From Candidatus Omnitrophota bacterium (GTDB lineage Bacteria; Omnitrophota; Gorgyraeia; Zapsychrales; JANLHA01), in assembly GCA_963662715.1 (NCBI GenBank), contig OY759724.1, positions 1,710,001 to 1,742,000 of the forward strand: a DNA stretch of 32,000 nucleotides. Direction: 5' to 3'. Positions 23,540 through 30,397 of the stretch are shown one piece after another (positions within the stretch are counted from its first letter, which is position 1; every line of letters starts with the position of its first letter). The notes under the pieces are model-generated. The model saw only the letters and a list, made by a program, of their open reading frames with translations. It was not told the DNA's origin and ran no database searches. Position numbers and translations under genes: made by a program.

Positions 23540-24418
23540 ATGCTGCACCGCCTAAACCGTAACAATGCCCAATCAATGATAGAGTATGTCACTGTGGCGA
23601 CGCTGGTTATGATTGGTATCTTAGTTATGGGTCCTTATGTCACCCGTTCCATTAATGCCTTTTTTAAAAATATTGAAGATGATGTGGATGATGCTTTTAA
23701 GGAAGAGATGACGCAGGGTGATCCGAGCGTAGAGCTTCCTGACTGTTATTGCACGAACTTAGTGGACCAGGCGTGCGGGGGCGGGGGCTGTAACAGCCGG
23801 CAGATGTGGTTAAGAAGAGACTGCTATCCTCTGGGCTGTGAAATTGCTTATCAAGCCGCAAATCCGGGCTGGATTTATGAAGATTGCGAATACCGCGACT
23901 ATTGCTGTACGAACTGGGCGGAAACCGGTCTTTGCGGCGTTAATGCGACTGTCCCGGGCGCATGCCCGAATGGAGAAATGGAATATGAACATTATTGCGG
24001 GGCGGCAAATACCCGGACCGTTGTGTGCCAGAGCACGTGTCAGGGGCAGGTGGGCTGTCCGGCGCCGCCGCATCCGCTGTGTATATTTTTCTGTACAGAC
24101 ACGGCAGGAAATGAAGTCACTCCTGCGATGCTGCCTTTCGCATCGTATTGTACAGATGATACAACAGACTTGCCCGGTAATCTGGTCGTAACCTTTGTGC
24201 CAAACGGAGCCTGTACTGACCCGCTTAAATGTGAAGCGGAATGTTATTCGGGGTTTGTCCCGGCGGCAACCTGGGGGTGCACATGCCCGCCCCATTCACA
24301 TGCGGTCGGTAATCACTGTGTTTGTGACCCGGGATATTTCTTCCGTGATGGGTGTAATTCGGATGAATGCTTGCAGGACGGCTGCCCGGCCGGCCGGTGC
24401 TACGGCATCCTGTTCTAG
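23540..24418 (+). CDS. Flp/type IV prepilin-like leader fused to a large cysteine-rich (EGF-like motif containing) extracellular domain
   Basis: ATG 23540 has the SD AAGGATGA. The N-terminus MLHRLNRNNA|QSMIEYVTVATLVMIGILVMG puts Glu at +5 and Tyr at +6, followed by a hydrophobic helix, as in the Flp G/XXXXEY motif. The remaining ~250 aa hold 29 Cys, including HCVCDPGYFFRDGC (EGF-like CxCxxGYx4-8C). Confidence 0.7.
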   Translation: MLHRLNRNNAQSMIEYVTVATLVMIGILVMGPYVTRSINAFFKNIEDDVDDAFKEEMTQGDPSVELPDCYCTNLVDQACGGGGCNSRQMWLRRDCYPLGCEIAYQAANPGWIYEDCEYRDYCCTNWAETGLCGVNATVPGACPNGEMEYEHYCGAANTRTVVCQSTCQGQVGCPAPPHPLCIFFCTDTAGNEVTPAMLPFASYCTDDTTDLPGNLVVTFVPNGACTDPLKCEAECYSGFVPAATWGCTCPPHSHAVGNHCVCDPGYFFRDGCNSDECLQDGCPAGRCYGILF

Positions 24419-24582
24419 TCTTTAAAAGACCTGTCTTTTCCCTTCCTGTTTTTAAACCTTTTTAAATTGAATCATTTTAACGGAAGAAATTTTTTATTGT
24501 GTTCGTTTATACATTACGTTATGATGAAACGGATTTATGAATATAAAGTTTTATGCCGACAAAAGCTTAAAGAATATCTTCT

Positions 24583-25260
24583 GTGAATTTTATGTACCAG
24601 GAATATATTGATAAATTTTTTGAGAAGTATCCCAAATACCGGCCGCTTTTTGAGAAAGCCAAAGAAGAGAAATATTCCATTCTGTTGGGATTCCTGATTC
24701 TGCTGGCGATTATCCCCATATTTTGCTCGTCCGGCAAACCCCGCATATATTATAACGAAACTTTTGGTTATCAAATCCTCATCCCGCCTCAATGGCGGGA
24801 CAAGCTCTCTGCTGATAAACGTGTCCTCACCTTAAAGAAGCGTCAGAGAAGGAGTTTGGGAAAGGCGGAGATAAAAGTCCACGTTGATGTGGGGAACCCT
24901 TACGGGACAAAACCTTTTGATTATGCTTATTACGGTCTTCTGCCCCGGGTAAAATATATGTATGCAAAGAAGGGGCGTAAAGAATTTACGATCCGCGATT
25001 ATCCGTACACGAAAATATTCAGCGGTAAAGAATGGGGGGTTTTGGCTTTTACCCTTGATTATAAAGATCTGTATGTCATGTATGTCACTCAAAAAGGTGA
25101 CTTTGTTTTTGTCTTTACTTTAATCACTTCCGGAGTAAAACAAAAAGAAGCTGAGGCCGATTTCCAGGGCATTGTCCGTTCAGTCTTGATTGAGCGCAGG
25201 GAACGGGTCAATGTTTTTACCGACCCTGAGGCTGATGTCCTTTTTTCGCATCCTTTATAA
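24583..25260 (+). CDS. Hypothetical membrane-anchored protein (single TM, no recognised domain)
   Basis: The ORF is 225 aa, with one hydrophobic segment (ILLGFLILLAIIPIFC) followed by a Lys/Tyr-rich soluble region. The start (GTG 24583 or ATG 24592) has no clear SD. A hairpin terminator lies downstream. Confidence 0.5.
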   Translation: MNFMYQEYIDKFFEKYPKYRPLFEKAKEEKYSILLGFLILLAIIPIFCSSGKPRIYYNETFGYQILIPPQWRDKLSADKRVLTLKKRQRRSLGKAEIKVHVDVGNPYGTKPFDYAYYGLLPRVKYMYAKKGRKEFTIRDYPYTKIFSGKEWGVLAFTLDYKDLYVMYVTQKGDFVFVFTLITSGVKQKEAEADFQGIVRSVLIERRERVNVFTDPEADVLFSHPL

Positions 25261-25283
25261 TTAAAAGCCGGTTTTTTAAAAAG

Positions 25284-25320
25284 AAAGCATCCCGTTCGTT
25301 CATTGGACGGGATGCTTTTC
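25284..25320. terminator. Bidirectional hairpin terminator between convergent genes
   Basis: AAAGCATCCCGT (25284-25295) pairs with ACGGGATGCTTT (25307-25318) around an 11-nt loop. There is a T-rich tract 3' on the + strand and an A-run 5', which reads as a T-run for the - strand. Confidence 0.7.
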
Positions 25321-25362
25321 TTCTGTATGGGTTGAAATGAAGGCCCCCAGCTCAAGGCTTTC

Positions 25363-25941
25363 CTATATCCAGTCTTCCTGCCGGCGCAAATTTTCCCTGA
25401 TGTCTTTTCTCCCGACCCGGCGGTCTTTCCTGAACTGCTGCCGTTGTTGTTTCTGGGACTTGCGGTGATCCTGTAAAAGGCTTCTTGCTTCTTCCTCAGT
25501 CATGTTAGGGGTGTAGGCGATTTGATTCAGGACGGACAAATTCTCCTGATGCTGCTGTTCCTGGAAGCGTTTCCTTCCCTGATAACGCGCTTCCACAGAG
25601 TTCAGGATATTCTGTTTTTCCTCTTCGTTTAAATTGTCATTGTCAGCCAACCTCTCCGTCAATGCCACTTTGGCTTTTTGATGAACCGTTTCAAAAAAAG
25701 CAACATTTTCTGCGTATTGTGCTTGCCGGTGCCGGCTCATGGCCTTTGCCTTTTCCTGTACGCTTAGTTCCCGGATGCTTTCCCGGAAAGCTTCATTTTC
25801 TGTCTTTTGCTGTCTGAAATGCGCTTTAATTTTTTCTTTCCCTCTGTGCCGCGGTCCTTTATGACATCCGGGTTCGGCAAAACTATTCACCGGGACAAGA
25901 CCCAGGCCGAGACATATTATAAGCGTTATAATATTTTTCAT
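25363..25941 (-). CDS. Hypothetical secreted, highly charged alpha-helical protein
   Basis: A strong SD (AAGGAG) lies 7 nt upstream of the ATG at 25941. The signal peptide is MKNIITLIICLGLGLVPVNSFA|EP. The mature part is rich in K/R/E/Q, with no motif I can name. Confidence 0.6.
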   Translation of the reverse strand: MKNIITLIICLGLGLVPVNSFAEPGCHKGPRHRGKEKIKAHFRQQKTENEAFRESIRELSVQEKAKAMSRHRQAQYAENVAFFETVHQKAKVALTERLADNDNLNEEEKQNILNSVEARYQGRKRFQEQQHQENLSVLNQIAYTPNMTEEEARSLLQDHRKSQKQQRQQFRKDRRVGRKDIRENLRRQEDWI

Positions 25942-26290
25942 GATGATCTCCTTTCTTGTTACGGGACATGTCCTATCCTGTGTTTACTCATTCAAACACT
26001 CCGGAGACTTAAAAGTTCCGGTTTTTTTGAAAATAATGCGTGAGCCGCTTCCGGATACGCGTTTTGAAAAAAAAGGCCGTTTCTCCCGGACAGGAGGAGC
26101 CGGCATATTGACAAATAATTATATTAATTATAGTATTGCCGTAGCAGTAAATTTCAGGACGTGCTTTGCCTGATCGGCAAAGAAAATTTTTTCAATATTC
26201 TGCGCCAGGCGGTTCATCGGGCCGGGACCGATTGTTCGGATAAAGCCAAGGCGTTCCGCCGCCCGCATAAAATTTACACTTGTTCCGGGT

Positions 26291-27082
26291 ATGAATAAAA
26301 ACAGACCAACAACACCGCCGCCCGTTGTGCTGACTCCGGCGTCTTTCCGCTTTTACGGTGAGCTGAATGATTTTCTCCCCCGGGACAGGAAACACCGGAC
26401 GTTCGAATATGTGGTGAAAGGCCGTCCGGCGGTCAAGGACACATTAGAAGCTTTAGGGATCCCGCATACAGAGGTGGACGTCATTCTGGTGCGCCGGAAA
26501 TCCGTTCGTTTTCATTATCAGCTGAAGCACGGTGACCGTTTCGCCGTTTACCCGGCCGGTTTCTCGGTTAAAGTTTCCCCTTTGCATCATCTTCGGCCCA
26601 AGCCGCCCCGCAAAGCGCGTTTTGTTATTGATTCCCATTTAGGCAAACTGGCCAGACATCTGCGGCTGCTGGGATTTGACTGTGTTTATGAAAAAGTCTT
26701 TCCCGACAGCCGGATTGCCGGTATTGCGCAGAAAGAAAAACGGATTGTTTTAACCCGGGATATCGGCCTGCTGAAAAACAAGATCATCAGCGAGGGGTTG
26801 TGGGTCCGTTCGGACGACCCTTTACGTCAGCTTAAGGAAGTGCTACGTAAATATAACCTTGCTCCCCGGATCAAACCGTTCCGTTTGTGCCTGGAATGCA
26901 ACGGCCGTATTCAGAGAGTGGCTAAAAGCCGGGTTCTTGACCGGCTGCCGGATAAGGTGCGTAACTATTATTCGCGTTTTTACATGTGCCGGTCCTGCCG
27001 TAAAATCTACTGGCAGGGCTCCCATTACGAAAAGCTGGCCAAACTCGTTGAGAAAATAAAAAAGATCCGGCCCCGCCGTTAA
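26291..27082 (+). CDS. Mut7-C RNase domain protein with N-terminal ubiquitin-like (beta-grasp) domain and C-terminal zinc ribbon
   Basis: The N-terminal FRFYGELNDFLP...KDTLEALGIPHTEVDVILV...GDRFAVYP is Mut7-C-associated Ubl-like. It is followed by FVIDSHLGKLARHLRLLGFD (PIN-like Mut7-C/DUF82 core) and then CLECNG...CRSCRKIYWQGSH (zinc ribbon). Confidence 0.8.
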   Translation: MNKNRPTTPPPVVLTPASFRFYGELNDFLPRDRKHRTFEYVVKGRPAVKDTLEALGIPHTEVDVILVRRKSVRFHYQLKHGDRFAVYPAGFSVKVSPLHHLRPKPPRKARFVIDSHLGKLARHLRLLGFDCVYEKVFPDSRIAGIAQKEKRIVLTRDIGLLKNKIISEGLWVRSDDPLRQLKEVLRKYNLAPRIKPFRLCLECNGRIQRVAKSRVLDRLPDKVRNYYSRFYMCRSCRKIYWQGSHYEKLAKLVEKIKKIRPRR

Positions 27083-27115
27083 GGGCCCCCCGGGACTGTC
27101 CTTTTTTTTCATGAG

Positions 27116-27144
27116 TTGTGGACCTGCGATTGTTGAGATATAAT
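27116..27144 (+). promoter_or_regulatory. Candidate sigma70-type promoter (TTGTGG - 17 nt - TATAAT) abutting the AddA-like start codon
   Basis: TTGTGG lies at 27116-27121 and TATAAT at 27139-27144. ATG 27152 is only 7 nt past the -10, and no SD is visible. A T8 run (27102-27109) lies upstream. Confidence 0.35.
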
Positions 27145-27151
27145 ACGCCCT

Positions 27152-30100
27152 ATGACATCATGTCCTTCCCATATTTTCCGTTTCCCGGAAGTCCGCGTCG
27201 TAGAAGCCTCCGCAGGGTCGGGCAAAACCTATGCCTTGGCCAAACGCTATATCCAGCTTGTTTTTTCGCAGCCGCTGCATCAGCAGAACACGCCCATGCG
27301 TCATGTCCTGGCCATCACTTTCACCAATAAAGCGGCTTTTGAAATGAAACGCCGCATCCTGGATTTTCTGAAGAAGATGGCTTTGGGAGATCTTTCGGCT
27401 GTCGAGGAAGAAACGATCCTCAAGCCCCTGGGGCTTTCTGCCGGCCAGGCGCAGGAGAAAGCCTTTGCCATCATGGAGATGCTTGTGCATCAGTACAATT
27501 ATTTCCAGGTCCAGACGATTGACAGTTTCATCAATGCCCTGCTCTCCGGCTGCGCTTTTAAAATCGGGCTGTCGGCCAACTTTAAGATTAAAACCAATGC
27601 GCTGGAGTACCTCGAATACGGCCTTGATCAGATGATGGACCGGGCTTTACGGGACGCGGAGACAAAGAAAGTCTTTGAAAAATTTCTGCACCAGTACCTT
27701 TTCCTCGAGAACAAGCCGAACTGGTTCGCGAAAAAAGACATGCTGGCTCTTTTATACGGCCTTTATCAGCAGGGCAATATCTACGGCCAGACGTTTCAAA
27801 GTTATCCGATCGAGGACAAGGCTCTCCTGGAGCAGAAGATGCATATCCTGGCATTAATGCGGGAACTGAAAAGCGCCGCCGCCGAAGCCCTGGACGGGCG
27901 GTTTGTTAAAAGCCTTGATAAATTTTTAAGCCAGTATCAGGCGGCTTTTGACGTAGACCGGGTTTCTGATTATTTCGCCCGGGAAGATCTCCCGGTGAAA
28001 AAAAAGGCCGATGCCCCCCGCCGGGCCGATACGCTGTGGCAGGATATCCGCAAACAGCTTAAGACATTATGCGAAGAAGAAGCTTTAACGGTCTTTGACC
28101 CGTATATTGAAATATTTCACGAGCTGTCCCGGGAGTTTGAACAGAAAGCCAAAAAAGATGACCTGCTGTTTTTGGAAGAGCTCAACAAAAAAGCGAAAGC
28201 CTTGTTTGATGAAGGCGCGGTTACGGTGGAAGAGCTTTATTACCGCCTGGCCACACGGTTTCATCATTATCTTATGGACGAATTTCAGGACACGAGCCTG
28301 CTGCAGTGGGAGAACCTGCAGATGATGGTTGAAGAGGCTTTGTCCACGGGCGGGTCCTTGTTTTACGTGGGGGACAAGAAACAGGCGATTTACGGCTTCC
28401 GCGGCGGGGAAATGAAGCTGTTTGACAGCATCCAGCAGCAGTTCCGCAGTTTTAACGTCTGCCGGGAACAGCTCGGCCGGAATTTCCGCAGCCAGAAAGC
28501 CATCGTGGAATTCAATAATACGGTCTTTTCCCCCGCCAATCTGCGCCGGTTTATTGAAGCGAAACAGGCTTTTGAACAGGAAAAAAAGAAAAAGGACCCG
28601 GTGGTTTTTTCAGAAAACGATTTTCAGGCTTTGGACAATATTTTTTATTCCAGCCGTCAGGCCCATCTTCCTCAACATGACGGAGGGGTTGTGCAGGTTG
28701 AAGTCATTGAGAATGAACGGAAGGAAGATAGGGACGAGCTGGTCCGTCTGCGGGTTCTGGCTTTTATCTTTGAGGCGCAAAAACGGTTCCGGCTGAAGGA
28801 CATCGCCTTACTGACCAGAAGCAACGACGAAATCGAACTTTTAACCCGCTGGCTGATGGAAGAGGGGATCAGCGTTCAGTCCGAACGCACAATGAACATC
28901 CGGGAAAACCCGGTTGTCCGGGACCTGACCGCTTTGCTGGAGTTTTTAAACTCCCCCATTGATAACTGCGCCTTCGCGCGGTTTATTCTAGGGGGTGTTT
29001 TTACCTCGGCCAGCGGTGTCAGCAAAGAGGAGATCCAGCGGTATTTGCTGGGGCTCCGGGTGAAAATAACGACAGAAAAAGATTTTTATATTTACCGGGA
29101 TTTCCGTGTCGCACATCAGGAGCTTTGGGAGTCCCTGCTTGACGATTTTTTCCGGCAGGTCGGCCTGTATCCGCTGTACGAATTGATGATCAGCATCCTG
29201 AAACGTTTTGATGTCTTTGCCCGCTTCCCGGAACACCAGGGCTTTGTTATGCGTTTCCTCGAACTGATCAAGGAGCAGGAAGAGGACCATACCGATGTCG
29301 CCTCTTTTCTGGAAAGTTTTGAGAACCTGCAGAATGAAAAGCTGTACGTGCATATGACGGATTCGGACGCGGTCAAAATTTTAACGATTCACAAATCCAA
29401 GGGCCTGGAGTTCCCGGTCGTGATCATCCCGTTTCTGGGCATGCGTATCAAAGTCGGCGCCGGAGGCGGGGTGGGCCAGTTAAGCTATATCCTGGATTTT
29501 CAAGAGCAGAGGCTGCAGCTGATGCGCATTAAGGAGAAATATTTGAAGTTCTCCGGACAGCTGCGGGAGATATGGCGGGATGAATATATCCGTTCTTTTT
29601 TTTACGAACTGAACAGCATGTACGTGGCCCTGACCCGGGCTTCGGAGGAACTGTATGTGCTGGTTCCGCACAAGACGGGAAACAGTTTTAATCCGGCCCG
29701 GTTTCTTATCCCGGAGGAATGTTTTCAGATGGGAACGGTTTCCGGCCGGGGGTATCAGGAGCCGGAGGAGGCTCCGCGCTTTTTTCTGCCGCCGCCGGTT
29801 TATCATGACTGGCTGGCCTATCTGAAAGAAGAGTTCCTGGCCGGGGATAAGGTTTTTCACCGGCAGGCGGTTTTACGGGGGGATCTCCTGCACGCTATTC
29901 TGTCGTTTGTCGGGAACCTTCGGGATGCGGAGCCGCAGGATATGATCGACGACGCCTATAAGCAGGCGGCGGCTTTTTACCCGCAGTTGAAAGATAAGGG
30001 AGAGTATAAAGACATCATTTACAAATTTATACAGCAAGAAGATATTAAGCCGTTTTTCTTTGTCGGCGATGGGGACGTTTTTCAGGAATGGGAAGCGGTG

Positions 30101-30310
30101 AACCCGTGGGGGCAGACGCGCCGGTTTGACCGGATGATTGTCCGGCCGGAGGATATCTGGATTGCCGATTTTAAAAGTGCGAGGGACAGCAAAGCGGATT
30201 ATGCCCAGCAGATGCAGGAGTACATGCTGATGGCCCGGGAGATCTTCCCGAAGAAAGACATCCGGGGTTTTTTGCTGTATCTTGATACGGGCGAGGCGGA
30301 GGAGGTGTGA
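27152..30310 (+). CDS. UvrD/Rep-family helicase with C-terminal PD-(D/E)xK nuclease (AddA/RecB-like)
   Basis: - Walker A: EASAGSGKTYAL
- Motif Ia: ITFTNKAAFEM
- Motif II: DEFQDTS
- Motif III: VGDKKQAIYGFRG
- Motif IV: RNFRSQ
- Motif V: TIHKSKGLEFPVV
- Motif VI: MYVALTRASEELYV
- C-terminal nuclease block: GDLLHAIL...RFDRMIV...IWIADFKS...QMQEY. Confidence 0.85.
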   Translation: MTSCPSHIFRFPEVRVVEASAGSGKTYALAKRYIQLVFSQPLHQQNTPMRHVLAITFTNKAAFEMKRRILDFLKKMALGDLSAVEEETILKPLGLSAGQAQEKAFAIMEMLVHQYNYFQVQTIDSFINALLSGCAFKIGLSANFKIKTNALEYLEYGLDQMMDRALRDAETKKVFEKFLHQYLFLENKPNWFAKKDMLALLYGLYQQGNIYGQTFQSYPIEDKALLEQKMHILALMRELKSAAAEALDGRFVKSLDKFLSQYQAAFDVDRVSDYFAREDLPVKKKADAPRRADTLWQDIRKQLKTLCEEEALTVFDPYIEIFHELSREFEQKAKKDDLLFLEELNKKAKALFDEGAVTVEELYYRLATRFHHYLMDEFQDTSLLQWENLQMMVEEALSTGGSLFYVGDKKQAIYGFRGGEMKLFDSIQQQFRSFNVCREQLGRNFRSQKAIVEFNNTVFSPANLRRFIEAKQAFEQEKKKKDPVVFSENDFQALDNIFYSSRQAHLPQHDGGVVQVEVIENERKEDRDELVRLRVLAFIFEAQKRFRLKDIALLTRSNDEIELLTRWLMEEGISVQSERTMNIRENPVVRDLTALLEFLNSPIDNCAFARFILGGVFTSASGVSKEEIQRYLLGLRVKITTEKDFYIYRDFRVAHQELWESLLDDFFRQVGLYPLYELMISILKRFDVFARFPEHQGFVMRFLELIKEQEEDHTDVASFLESFENLQNEKLYVHMTDSDAVKILTIHKSKGLEFPVVIIPFLGMRIKVGAGGGVGQLSYILDFQEQRLQLMRIKEKYLKFSGQLREIWRDEYIRSFFYELNSMYVALTRASEELYVLVPHKTGNSFNPARFLIPEECFQMGTVSGRGYQEPEEAPRFFLPPPVYHDWLAYLKEEFLAGDKVFHRQAVLRGDLLHAILSFVGNLRDAEPQDMIDDAYKQAAAFYPQLKDKGEYKDIIYKFIQQEDIKPFFFVGDGDVFQEWEAVNPWGQTRRFDRMIVRPEDIWIADFKSARDSKADYAQQMQEYMLMAREIFPKKDIRGFLLYLDTGEAEEV

Positions 30311-30397
30311 CGTGTTCATAAAAAGACCGCGGGCCGAGACGGCCGGCGGACAGTGCTTCTTCCTGCGCAGCCAGCCTTTTAGCGTGAACAAATTGCC

